Of a stretch of DNA of 64,000 bases, positions 28,678-39,971 are shown one piece after another. Location: the NCBI GenBank assembly GCA_963741955.1, contig CAVUKB010000010.1:384001-448000 (forward strand), given 5' to 3'. Every line of letters begins with the position of its first letter. The first letter of the stretch is position 1. Made by a program: the position numbers and the translations under genes. Source of the stretch: an uncultured Acidobacteriota bacterium (lineage in GTDB: Bacteria > Acidobacteriota > Thermoanaerobaculia > Gp7-AA8). The notes below the pieces were generated by a model that had not been told where the DNA came from, ran no database searches, and saw only the letters and a list, made by a program, of their open reading frames with translations.

Positions 28678-29625
28678 TCAACGCTCTTCGAGCCGGAAGC
28701 GGTTCACTCCGGCGCGGATCTCGTCACCCGGATGGATCTTCGCGTTTCGCGCAGGGAGGGTGTTCAGGAAGGTGCCGTTCCGGCTGCCGAGGTCGCGGAT
28801 CCGGAGGCTCCCTTCAGGATCCCGGAAGAGGACGAAGTGCTTGCGGGAGAGGAACTCGTCCGGAACGCGGAGTGCGCCCTCCCGGCCGACCACGATCCCT
28901 TCCTGCGGAACCTCGAAGTCTCTCCCGATCAGCGGTCCCTCGATGCAGTGGAGGACTATTTTCTTCGTCGCGGCCGATCTCGCGGCCCTTGCATGAAGCT
29001 TCCGCAGCAGTTGAGGCGATGCCTCCAGGAGGTCTCCCGTGTCGAGCGTGACGGGCTCCACCGGAATCCCCGGCTCGTCGGTGGCCTCCACGCAGACCAG
29101 CGCAGATCCGATGCGGATCAGGTGTGTTCCTTCGCCGATCACCGCCTCGTACACCGGTTCACCGTCGAAAAACGTACCGGTGTGGGAATCCGCGTCGCGG
29201 AGAATCAGCTCGCCTCCGCGCTGACCGATCGAACAGTGACGGATGGAGAGCTCCGCGTCGTCAATCTCGACCTGGCAGCCCTTCCGCCCGATCCAGAGCG
29301 GATGCTGACCGATCGAGTAGACCGTGTTGATCGACTCTTCAGCTCCGAGAGCGATCAGGCGGAGCGAGCGTGGCGCTTCGGCCTCCCAGGGCGCCTCGTC
29401 GGTCCGCTCGACGATCATCGGTGCCGCTTCGGCCTCCACCCTGAATGCCGACATGTCGATCTCGTGCAGATTCCCCGTTTCCGCGAAGCGGGCGAGAAGT
29501 GCGGCGCGGTTGCCGGAGAGGAGATCGCCGCACTCGCATGGCGCGATGGAAGTCGGCAGCGTGACCGCGACTGCGGGAGGGACTTCGTACGCCCGGCCGC
29601 AGCTCTGACATCGAATCACCGGCAT
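28678..29625 (-). CDS. Zinc-ribbon plus tandem FHA domain protein
   Basis: CQSC/CEC N-terminus; FHA1 IGRK..SIRH..DADSHTGTFF; FHA2 VGRE..SRKH..DLGSRNGTFLN. Confidence 0.85.
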   Translation of the reverse strand: MPVIRCQSCGRAYEVPPAVAVTLPTSIAPCECGDLLSGNRAALLARFAETGNLHEIDMSAFRVEAEAAPMIVERTDEAPWEAEAPRSLRLIALGAEESINTVYSIGQHPLWIGRKGCQVEIDDAELSIRHCSIGQRGGELILRDADSHTGTFFDGEPVYEAVIGEGTHLIRIGSALVCVEATDEPGIPVEPVTLDTGDLLEASPQLLRKLHARAARSAATKKIVLHCIEGPLIGRDFEVPQEGIVVGREGALRVPDEFLSRKHFVLFRDPEGSLRIRDLGSRNGTFLNTLPARNAKIHPGDEIRAGVNRFRLEER

Positions 29626-29646
29626 CGCCGAGATGATAGCAGGGAG

Positions 29647-29861
29647 ATCGAGGATCGAGGATCGAAAGCATCGAGTATCTGAGAGGCATCGAGGATCGAG
29701 GATCGAGGATTGAGGATCTGAAAGGCATTGGCGATCGAGGATCGGGGATCGAGGATCGAGGATCTGAAAGGCATCGAGGATCTGAAAGGCATCGAGGATC
29801 TGAAAGGATTGGGGATCGAGGATCGAGGATCGAGGATCGTGGATCGTGGATTGTGGATCGC
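29647..29861 (+). repeat. Heptamer array (GATCGAG) interleaved with an 18-bp unit GATCTGAAAGGCATCGAG
   Basis: Directly visible. 18-mers at about 29676, 29716, 29761, 29779, 29797. Degenerate inverted heptamers at 29951-29990. Confidence 0.92.
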
Positions 29862-30042
29862 GGAGACTCGGCTGGACGACCGCAGATGGAACATCGAGGA
29901 GGGAGGAGTTCAGGGGCCGTTTTGCGGCGAGGGAAGAGCGTCGCGCTCTCCGATTCACGATCCATCTTCTCCGATCATCAATCTCCTCGAAATGGCTCAG
30001 CCGTATTGAACGGATGCCTGCGCAGGGAATACACTGTCCGCG

Positions 30043-32139
30043 ATGTCGAACGGTGTCAGCGGTTTCCGCTTCCGGCTGCGCAGCAAATTCGTCGTAGCCT
30101 TCACTCTCCAGACGCTCGTCATCGCGCTGCTGATCGTGATCATCCAGCAGATCGGCGTGCGACGCACGATCGAGAACCAGACCCGGATCCAGGCCGAAGC
30201 GATCGCCGATTCGCTCCAGGCGACGGCGGGCTACTACGTCATGTTCGGCCTCTCGGACGATCTGAAGGGGATCCTCGATAACATCTCGAAGAATCCGGCC
30301 ATCGAATACGCGGACTTCGTCTCGGGGGAAGGAAAGATCCTCGCCTCGATGCAGGCCGCGAAACGTCCGGCGGAGTTCGCGAAACTCCCGACCACCCGCT
30401 CCGCATGGAATGGCACGAGCCAGCTTTCGAATGGCGCGGTTCTCTATCTGAGCGTTCGTCCGATGTATGCGTCAGGCGAGGATCCCGCCTCTCCCAGCGC
30501 GAAACCGCACGGTTACGTCCGGCTCGCATTCAATCAGCACTACGTCAACGAGGCGCTGAAGGGAACCATCCTGAGCAACGTGCTGGTGATTCTTCTCGCC
30601 GTGGTGGTCGCGGCTGCGCTCGCACTCCTCGGTGCGCGTTTGATCGTCCGGCCGATCCTCAATCTCGCAGAGACGGCGAAAGAAGTCGCCGGGGGCGATC
30701 TGACTCGCCGGGCGGAGGTCACTTCGAACGACGAGCTGGGTGACCTCGCCAATGCGTTCAACTCCATGACATCCAGTCTCGAGGGGACCATCTCCAAGCT
30801 CTCCCAGTCGCAGGTGAAGGTTCGTGGAGTCGCGGACCTCGTCGCGAGCCGATCCGGCACGGTGATGGAGCGGATCGATGAACAGGGAGGGGTCCTCGAC
30901 GACACCTACTTCTCGATCGACAAACTCAATGGAGGGATTCGGAAGATCTCGGAGAACGTGGAGAGTCTTTCCGCATCCTCCGAGGAGACTTCGTCGTCGA
31001 TTCTGCAGATGGTCGCCTCGATCGAGGAGGTGACACGCCACACCGATACGCTCTTCGCGTCGGTCGAAGAGACCGCATCGGCCACCGAAGAGATGGTCTC
31101 GTCGATCAACGAGGTCGACCAGAACATGGATTTCCTCCAGAACTTCGTCACCGACACCTCCTCTTCGATGGTGCAGATGAGCGCCTCGATCGGCCAGGTG
31201 GAGACGAATGCCGCCAGGTCGTACGAGCTCGCGAACACGGTCGGCGAGGCAGCCGAGTCGGGGATGAAGGCGGTGCGGGAGACGATGGACGGGATGGAAC
31301 AGATCCGCCGCTCGGTCATCGACTCGAATGCCGTCGTCTCTCGTCTCGGTGACCGCTCGACGGAGATCGGGAAAATTCTCAGCGTGATCGAAGACGTGGC
31401 GGAGCAGACCAACCTTCTCGCACTGAACGCCGCGATCCTCGCGGCCCAGGCCGGCGAGCAGGGGAAAGGGTTTTCGGTCGTCGCCGCACAGATTCGCGAC
31501 CTCTCCGAGCGCACCGCGACCTCGACCAAAGAGATCGCGACCCTGATTCACTCGGTCCAGGAGGAAGTCTCCAACGTCCTCCACTCCATGGGCGGGGCCT
31601 CCCGCAACGTAGAGACCGGGGTCAACCTCGCGCACGAAGCGGGACGCGCCCTGAACCGGATCATCGAAGCGGCCACCCGTACCCTCGACATGACCCGGGA
31701 GATCGCTTCGGCGACGAAGGAGCAGGCGAAGGGGAGCGAGAATGTGACCGGCTCCATCGAGCGGGTCCGCGAGATGGTCAAGCAGATCAACGCGGCCACC
31801 ACGCAGCAGGCCACCGGGTCGGGTCACATCATGAAGGCGGTCGAATCGATGCGGGAGGTCACCCGCTACGTCCGTCAGGCCTCGACGGAACAGCAGACCG
31901 GTTCAGTGATGATCTCGAAGGCCGCCGAGACGATGATCGACATGGTGCACGAGATCCACGAAGTGACGTCCGGCCAGGCGGGTGAGAGCGAAAAGATCGT
32001 CAACATGATGGAACGGATGCGCGAGATCGCGGAAGTCAACCGCGGCTCGGCCGCCGAGATGGCCGACTCGATCTCGCTGCTGAACGAAGCGATGCGATCA
32101 TTGGAAGAGGAAGTGCGGCGCTTCCGGATCCGCAGCTGA
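30043..32139 (+). CDS. Methyl-accepting chemotaxis protein
   Basis: Two TMs, HAMP (DELGDLANAFNSM), signalling tip VAEQTNLLALNAAILAAQAGEQGKGFSVVA. Confidence 0.96.
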   Translation: MSNGVSGFRFRLRSKFVVAFTLQTLVIALLIVIIQQIGVRRTIENQTRIQAEAIADSLQATAGYYVMFGLSDDLKGILDNISKNPAIEYADFVSGEGKILASMQAAKRPAEFAKLPTTRSAWNGTSQLSNGAVLYLSVRPMYASGEDPASPSAKPHGYVRLAFNQHYVNEALKGTILSNVLVILLAVVVAAALALLGARLIVRPILNLAETAKEVAGGDLTRRAEVTSNDELGDLANAFNSMTSSLEGTISKLSQSQVKVRGVADLVASRSGTVMERIDEQGGVLDDTYFSIDKLNGGIRKISENVESLSASSEETSSSILQMVASIEEVTRHTDTLFASVEETASATEEMVSSINEVDQNMDFLQNFVTDTSSSMVQMSASIGQVETNAARSYELANTVGEAAESGMKAVRETMDGMEQIRRSVIDSNAVVSRLGDRSTEIGKILSVIEDVAEQTNLLALNAAILAAQAGEQGKGFSVVAAQIRDLSERTATSTKEIATLIHSVQEEVSNVLHSMGGASRNVETGVNLAHEAGRALNRIIEAATRTLDMTREIASATKEQAKGSENVTGSIERVREMVKQINAATTQQATGSGHIMKAVESMREVTRYVRQASTEQQTGSVMISKAAETMIDMVHEIHEVTSGQAGESEKIVNMMERMREIAEVNRGSAAEMADSISLLNEAMRSLEEEVRRFRIRS

Positions 32140-32160
32140 GTCGCCGGCAGGCGAGAGATC

Positions 32161-32667
32161 ATGGCCACGCGCGCGAACCAGTCCACGACCGCAGACGCTT
32201 CGAGGGCGGTCCGCCTGATCAGCTTCAAGGTGGCGGACGAGTTGTTCGTGATCGACATCATGGCCCTCCGCCAGATCATTCCGTACCAGAGGACCACTCC
32301 GGTGCCGAAGGCTCCCGAGTTCATCGAAGGAATCATCGTCCTCCGCAACGAGGTGATCCCGGTGATCGATCTTCGCGAACGACTCTTTCCGGAGAGCCCG
32401 CGAGGCGTCGAGACGAGCCTGGTGCTCGTCACCCGGACCTCCGAAGGAGTGATCGGGATGCGGATCGACCAGGTGCACCGGATTCTGAACGTGAATCTCG
32501 ACGCGATCCTCCCCTCGCCGGAGATCATCCGGGGGCTGGCAGGAGAACTGTTCGTCGGCGTGATCCGGATGGAAGACGAGGTCTATCTCGTTCTGGACAT
32601 CGAGGCGATCCTCTCCACCGAAGAGAAGATCTCTCTTCGGAATGCGGACCTGACCCCCGAGGAGTGA
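32161..32667 (+). CDS. cheW: Chemotaxis coupling protein CheW
   Basis: TPVPKAPEFIEGIIVLRNEVIPVIDL, LVLDIEAIL. Confidence 0.92.
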   Translation: MATRANQSTTADASRAVRLISFKVADELFVIDIMALRQIIPYQRTTPVPKAPEFIEGIIVLRNEVIPVIDLRERLFPESPRGVETSLVLVTRTSEGVIGMRIDQVHRILNVNLDAILPSPEIIRGLAGELFVGVIRMEDEVYLVLDIEAILSTEEKISLRNADLTPEE

Positions 32668-32799
32668 GTTCTTCCACGTGCCCGCACCTCCGTCCGCTCG
32701 ATGCTTCCGATGAAGTGGTCGCGATCGGCCGAGGGGCGGAAACGATTTTCTGAAGCTCGAGACTACCCACTCAATCCAACTCCGTTTATTCTGTCGGCC

Positions 32800-33807
32800 A
32801 TGTCCGCACGCACCCGACTCCTCGAGATCGTCGACGCCATGAAGGGACGCCTGGTCATCGTCTACGGTGACATCGTCGCGGACCGTTTCATCTACGGCAC
32901 TCCGAAGCGCATCTCCCGGGAGGCGCCGGTGCTGATTCTCCGGCAGTATCGTGACGACCTTCTCCTCGGCGGGGCAGGCAATGCGATCAACAACATCTTT
33001 TCTCTCGGCGGCGTCCCGATTCCGATCTCCGTGCTGGGAAAGGACGAAGCGGGCGACGCCCTGGTGCGCCGGCTGACCGAAGAAGGGGTCGACTGCAGCG
33101 GAATCCTCCGGGCGGACCGCTACCGTACACCGACCAAGATCCGGGTGCTCGGCGGGATGCCGCACTCGGCCCGTCAGCAGATCGTGCGATACGACATCGA
33201 GGAATCGATCGCCCTGAGCGACGAAGAGCAGGATCGGTTCGGGTGGATCCTTCGCGATCAGCTCGCGATCGCACATGCGGCGCTGATCTCGGACTACGGA
33301 TATGGAACGGTCACTCCTTCGCTGGTGGCGAACCTGACCGGGTTCGCACGCGGAAGGCCGGTCACACTCGACTCCCGCTTCGACCTTCTCCGCTATCCGG
33401 ACGTCACCGCAGCGACTCCCAATGAAGAAGAAGCGGCAGCGGCTGCCGGTCTGTCGCTCTACGAGGGGCCGGAGGAAGAGACGCTCACCGCGGTCGGCGA
33501 GGCGCTGCGGGGAGCGCTCGACGCCGAGGCGATTCTGATCACGAGGGGATCGAGAGGGATGGCGCTGTTCGAGCGCGGACGTGCGGAGCCGATGCTGATC
33601 CCGGTGTGGGGAACCAACCAGGTCGCCGACGTCACGGGCGCGGGCGACACGGTGATCGCGACGTTCACTCTCGCCCTGTCCGCCGGCGCTTCATTCGAAG
33701 AAGCCGCGAGGCTGGCGAATTTCGCCGGCGGAATCGTGGTGATGAAGATGGGGACGGCGACCGTCTCCGCCGACGAGCTGCGTCGTGCGGTGGAAAGCTC
33801 GGACTGA
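32800..33807 (+). CDS. rfaE1: D-glycero-D-manno-heptose-7-phosphate kinase (RfaE domain I)
   Basis: RISREAPV, GGAGN, ISDYGYG, TPNEEE, DVTGAGDT, VMKMGTA. Confidence 0.9.
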   Translation: MSARTRLLEIVDAMKGRLVIVYGDIVADRFIYGTPKRISREAPVLILRQYRDDLLLGGAGNAINNIFSLGGVPIPISVLGKDEAGDALVRRLTEEGVDCSGILRADRYRTPTKIRVLGGMPHSARQQIVRYDIEESIALSDEEQDRFGWILRDQLAIAHAALISDYGYGTVTPSLVANLTGFARGRPVTLDSRFDLLRYPDVTAATPNEEEAAAAAGLSLYEGPEEETLTAVGEALRGALDAEAILITRGSRGMALFERGRAEPMLIPVWGTNQVADVTGAGDTVIATFTLALSAGASFEEAARLANFAGGIVVMKMGTATVSADELRRAVESSD

Positions 33808-33895
33808 CCCGCGACTCGGGGACGTCGACTGGAGCTCGTGCGCGTCCGTGGTGGGGGCGGCAGGCTGGAATCGGGTGGATCCGGAGGAAGGGAGA

Positions 33896-34396
33896 ATGGA
33901 GCAGAGACGGGTGATCCTGCCGGGAAGGGTGGTCGGGATCGAGCAGCTGGTAGCGTCGGTGCAGCAGGAGCGACGGAGCGGGAAGAGCATCGCTCTGGCG
34001 AACGGATGCTTCGATCTTCTCCACGTCGGACACGTGCGATATCTGCTCGCGGCTGCAGCAGTGGCCGACCTCCTGGTGGTTGCGGTGAACGGCGACGAGT
34101 CGGTGCGGCTCCTGAAGGGAGAAGGGCGGCCGCTGGCGCCGGAGCTCGAGCGGGCCGAGCTCGTGGCGTCGATCCGTGGCGTCGATTTCGTGACCATCTT
34201 CCACGACTCCACGGTGGGGCCCCTGATTGAAAGACTGCGACCCGATCTGCAGTGCAAAGGAACGGACTACACCGCCGACACTGTCCCCGAAGCAGCGCTG
34301 GTTCGCTCCTACGGAGGTGAGGTGGTGATCGTCGGCGACCCGAAGGACCATTCGACCTCCGATCTGGTCGAGAAACTCCGGCGGTCCGGCTCGTGA
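33896..34396 (+). CDS. rfaE2: Heptose 1-phosphate adenylyltransferase (RfaE domain II)
   Basis: NGCFDLLHVGH, LKGEGRP, KGTDY, HSTS. Confidence 0.92.
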   Translation: MEQRRVILPGRVVGIEQLVASVQQERRSGKSIALANGCFDLLHVGHVRYLLAAAAVADLLVVAVNGDESVRLLKGEGRPLAPELERAELVASIRGVDFVTIFHDSTVGPLIERLRPDLQCKGTDYTADTVPEAALVRSYGGEVVIVGDPKDHSTSDLVEKLRRSGS

Positions 34397-35418
34397 CTGC
34401 CGGCGCGGACCCGATCCTCGTGTTCCGTCTCTCGGCTCTGGGAGACGTCATCCACACGCTTCCGGCGGTGATGCTCCTCCGCCAGGCAGTCGGAGAAGAG
34501 CGGAGCATCGGGTGGGTGGTGGAAGCGCCGTACCGCGATCTCCTGGAACAGGTCGCGCCGGTCGACCTCGTCATCGCCACTGCCACGAAACGCTGGCGGC
34601 GCGACTGGAGCTCTTCAGTGACCCGTGCCGAGATCTCGCTGATGCGGGAAGAGATGCGCCACTTCTCCCGGCGGGGAACTTCGATCGATTTTCAGGGGCT
34701 GCTGAAGTCGGCCGCGCTGGCGTGGCTCTCCGGCGCAACGACGAGAATCGGCTTCGACCGGCGTTCCGCGCGGGAGGGGGTGAGTGCGCTCCTGAACAAC
34801 CGCAGAGTGCCGGCTTCGGATGCGGAACACGTGGTGGAAAAGAACATCCGCCTCCTCTCGGCTCTCGGCATCGAGCATCACGGTCCCGCACCGGCGCTCG
34901 ACTGGAGCGGGTATCCGCGCGACCGGGATGGAACGCTCGCACTCGTCTCGGATCGTGCCACGGCGATTCTCTTTCCGGGAGCGGGAAGGCCGGAGAAGCT
35001 CTGGGGCGCGGAGTCGTTCGCCATCGTGGCGAAGGAGATCCGCAGTCGTTTCGGAATACGGTCCGTCGTGGTATGGGGGCCGGGAGAGAGGGAATTGGCA
35101 GCGGAAGTCGTTGCGCGGAGCGAAACTGCAGAACTGGCCCCCGCGACGAATCTGCGGGAGCTGGCGTGGATCCTGAGGCACGCGCGCCTGGTGGTGGCCG
35201 GAGACACCGGACCGCTGCATCTCGCAGACGCACTCGGAACGGACGTGGTCGGGATCTACGGTCCGACCGATCCGGTGAGGAATGGTCCGTACCACCAGGT
35301 GGAGCGATGCGTCGAATCGTGGTCGACCACGCGCGACATCCGCAGTGTCTCGCCGGAAGCGGTTCTGACCCGGATTGGAGAAGTGCTGACGCGAGATCCG
35401 GGGTCGCTGAGGAAGTGA
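34393..35418 (+). CDS. waaC: LPS heptosyltransferase I (GT9)
   Basis: RLSALGDVIH, DFQGLLKSA, GDTGPLHLA, IYGPTDP..NGP. Confidence 0.88.
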   Translation: MTAGADPILVFRLSALGDVIHTLPAVMLLRQAVGEERSIGWVVEAPYRDLLEQVAPVDLVIATATKRWRRDWSSSVTRAEISLMREEMRHFSRRGTSIDFQGLLKSAALAWLSGATTRIGFDRRSAREGVSALLNNRRVPASDAEHVVEKNIRLLSALGIEHHGPAPALDWSGYPRDRDGTLALVSDRATAILFPGAGRPEKLWGAESFAIVAKEIRSRFGIRSVVVWGPGERELAAEVVARSETAELAPATNLRELAWILRHARLVVAGDTGPLHLADALGTDVVGIYGPTDPVRNGPYHQVERCVESWSTTRDIRSVSPEAVLTRIGEVLTRDPGSLRK

Positions 35419-35566
35419 TTCTGTGATTGCGGAGGGCGTGGCCGGTGGCGGAGAGGAGAATGCCGCACGAGGGTCGCAGAGGGAGATCGCCGGTCGAGCA
35501 TACGGAAATGCGCTTCCCCGGCGGGCTGTTCTCGTGTGATACTTACGAATAACTTTCACCGCGTCG

Positions 35567-35596
35567 TTGACGTGATTTTCGGCGCGATGCTAGACT
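35567..35596 (+). promoter_or_regulatory. Sigma70-like promoter of the pil operon
   Basis: TTGACG-18-TAGACT with an extended -10 TGn. Confidence 0.6.
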
Positions 35597-35776
35597 TCAA
35601 ATCGGGAAAAGGTCTCTAAGTTCCTCAGATCACGCATCATGTTCAAGCCCGGACCATTCGCGGCCGTACGCAGCAGACTTGCCGCGAGAGTATTCGGGCG
35701 ATGTTGAGCCCGGCGCGGAGAACGGGTTCATCAACCTCTCTTCTCCGAGCGTGAAGGGCGCTGGAGTTCACAACGG

Positions 35777-37492
<1,716 letters not shown>

Positions 37493-37539
37493 CCGGTTCA
37501 TGACGCGCGTGCTTTTTTCTCTCATGGAGTGATCCGAAA

Positions 37540-38670
37540 ATGGCTCAGGTGACGCTGCATCAGCTCCTCAAGACGATGGTCGAGCGCGGAGGCTCCGATC
37601 TCCACATCACCACCAACTCTCCGCCTCAGATCCGGATCGACGGCAAGCTCGTACCGCTCGACATCCCGCCTCTCTCCGCTCCGGAGACGAAACAGCTCTC
37701 GTATTCGGTTCTCACCGACGCGCAGAAGCACCGGCTGGAGGAGGACCTGGAGCTCGACCTCTCGTTCGGCATTAAGGGACTGGCGCGGTTCCGGGCGAAC
37801 GTGTTCAACCAGAGGGGAGCCGTCGCGGCGGTCTATCGGCAGATTCCCTACGAGATCCTCGGATTCAAGGAGCTGGGTCTCCCTCAGGTGGTCGAGGAGA
37901 TCTGCAACAAACCCCGCGGCCTCGTGCTGGTCACCGGGCCGACCGGATCGGGGAAGTCGACCACTCTCGCGGCGATGATCGACAAGATCAACCGCGAGCG
38001 CCACGAGCACATCATCACCATCGAAGACCCGGTCGAGTTCCTCCACTCTCACAAGAGCTGCGTGGTGAACCAGCGGGAGCTCCACGCCGACACCCATTCG
38101 TTCGCGAACGCGCTCAAGAGCGCGCTCCGTCAGGATCCCGACGTGGTGCTCATCGGCGAGATGCGCGACCTCGAGACGATCGAATCGGCGCTCCGGATCG
38201 CGGAGACCGGCCACCTGACGTTCGGCACTCTGCACACCAACTCCGCCGCCCAGACCATCAACCGTATCGTCGACGTCTTCCCGGCTCACCAGCAGCCGCA
38301 GATCCGGGCCCAGCTCTCGTTCGTGCTGGAAGGCATCCTCTGCCAGTCGCTGCTGCCGCGTGCGAACGGGAAAGGACGGGTCATGGCCATGGAGATCCTG
38401 ATTCCGAACGCGGCGATCAGGAACCTGATTCGAGAAGACAAGGTGCACCAGATCTACAGCATGATGCAGACGGGGCAGGCGAAGTACGGGATGCAGACGT
38501 TCAATCAATCGCTTGCGACGCTTTACTTCCGCAAGCAGATCACGCTGCAGATCGCGCTCAGCCGTTCGTCCAATCCCGATGAATTGCAGGAAATGATCTC
38601 CCGCGGAGCAGGGGCCTTGCAGGCGCCCTCTGTCCCACCGGTGGGAGCGAGTCGCCCGCGGCCCTCGTGA
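37540..38670 (+). CDS. pilT: Type IV pilus retraction ATPase PilT
   Basis: SDLH, GPTGSGKST, LRQDPD, AIRNLIRE, GMQT. Confidence 0.97.
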   Translation: MAQVTLHQLLKTMVERGGSDLHITTNSPPQIRIDGKLVPLDIPPLSAPETKQLSYSVLTDAQKHRLEEDLELDLSFGIKGLARFRANVFNQRGAVAAVYRQIPYEILGFKELGLPQVVEEICNKPRGLVLVTGPTGSGKSTTLAAMIDKINRERHEHIITIEDPVEFLHSHKSCVVNQRELHADTHSFANALKSALRQDPDVVLIGEMRDLETIESALRIAETGHLTFGTLHTNSAAQTINRIVDVFPAHQQPQIRAQLSFVLEGILCQSLLPRANGKGRVMAMEILIPNAAIRNLIREDKVHQIYSMMQTGQAKYGMQTFNQSLATLYFRKQITLQIALSRSSNPDELQEMISRGAGALQAPSVPPVGASRPRPS

Positions 38671-38702
38671 TTCGAGAAGCCGCTTACCCTTGGAGGTGAG
38701 GA

Positions 38703-39905
38703 ATGCCCAGTTTCGAATGGAAGGGGAGGGGACGGTCGGGTCAGGACCAGACAGGGGTCCTGGTTGCCGATTCGAAGGAAGCCGCGATCGCCATGCTGCG
38801 ACGGCAGCAGATCGTCGTGACCGCGGTGAAAGAGAAAGGGAAGGAGATCGCGCTTCGGAAGTTCGGCGGCAGGGTTCCGCCCCAGCTCGTGGCGATCTTC
38901 ACCCGCCAGTTCTCGGTCATGATCGATGCCGGTCTCCCTCTGGTGCAGTGTCTGGAGATTCTCGGCAGTCAGCAGGAGAACAAGGCGTTCAAGCGTTCGA
39001 TGCTGCAGATCCGCCAGGATGTGGAATCCGGATCGAGCCTCGCCGACGCAATGCGCAAGCATCCGAAGGTCTTCAATGACCTCTACACCAACATGGTGGC
39101 TGCCGGCGAAGCAGGCGGTATTCTCGACACGATCCTGCAGCGTCTCGCCGTGTACATTGAAAAGTCGGTCAAGCTCACCTCCCAGGTCAAGTCGGCCATG
39201 ATTTACCCGGTGTCGGTCATCTCGATCGCCGTCCTGGTCGTCGCGATCATTCTGTGGAAGGTCATCCCGGTGTTCGCCTCCCTCTTCAAGGGTCTCGGCG
39301 CCGAGCTGCCTCTCCCGACCGTGGTGGTCATTGCGCTTTCGAACTTCATCGCCGATTTCTGGTGGCTGATCGCCCTGGTGATCATCGCAACGGTCGTCTT
39401 CCTGCGTAAATACCACGACACCTACAAGGGACGGCGGGTGCTCGACGGAATCCTGCTGAAGGTGCCGGTTCTCGGAATGCTCCTTCGCAAGATCGCCGTG
39501 GCCCGGTTCTGCCGTACTCTGGCCACCCTGACCAGCTCCGGCGTTCCCATCCTCGACGGCCTGGAGATCACCGCGAAAACGTCTGGAAACGCGATCGTCG
39601 AAGACGGGATCATGGCCACCCGGAAGTCCGTCGAAGAAGGAAAGACGATTGCCGAGCCGCTCGGCGATACCGACGTTTTCCCTGCGATGGTCGTCCAGAT
39701 GATCGGAGTCGGTGAGCAGACCGGTGCCCTCGATGCGATGCTCTCGAAGATCGCCGACTTCTACGAAGACGAGGTCGACACGGCGGTCGCTGGTCTGATG
39801 AAGCTCCTCGAGCCGGTGATGATCGCATTCCTCGGAGTCGCGATCGGCGGCATCGTCATCGCGATGTACATGCCGATGTTCTCGCTGATCGGCAAGGTCG
39901 GTTGA
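38703..39905 (+). CDS. pilC: Type IV pilus platform protein PilC
   Basis: FTRQFSVMIDAGLPL, AGEAGG, SAMIYP, GEQTGALD, EP..YMPMF. Confidence 0.96.
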   Translation: MPSFEWKGRGRSGQDQTGVLVADSKEAAIAMLRRQQIVVTAVKEKGKEIALRKFGGRVPPQLVAIFTRQFSVMIDAGLPLVQCLEILGSQQENKAFKRSMLQIRQDVESGSSLADAMRKHPKVFNDLYTNMVAAGEAGGILDTILQRLAVYIEKSVKLTSQVKSAMIYPVSVISIAVLVVAIILWKVIPVFASLFKGLGAELPLPTVVVIALSNFIADFWWLIALVIIATVVFLRKYHDTYKGRRVLDGILLKVPVLGMLLRKIAVARFCRTLATLTSSGVPILDGLEITAKTSGNAIVEDGIMATRKSVEEGKTIAEPLGDTDVFPAMVVQMIGVGEQTGALDAMLSKIADFYEDEVDTAVAGLMKLLEPVMIAFLGVAIGGIVIAMYMPMFSLIGKVG

Positions 39906-39971
39906 TCCGCGCGAAAGGGAGGGGGCCGGCTGGCCCTCTCCCTTTCGTGATCTTCCTCTCCCCACCCCGAA

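Noticed and set aside
29647-29861. 18-bp repeats as a mini-CRISPR
   Set aside because: Intervening sequences are heptamer copies of 0-28 nt, not unique spacers.
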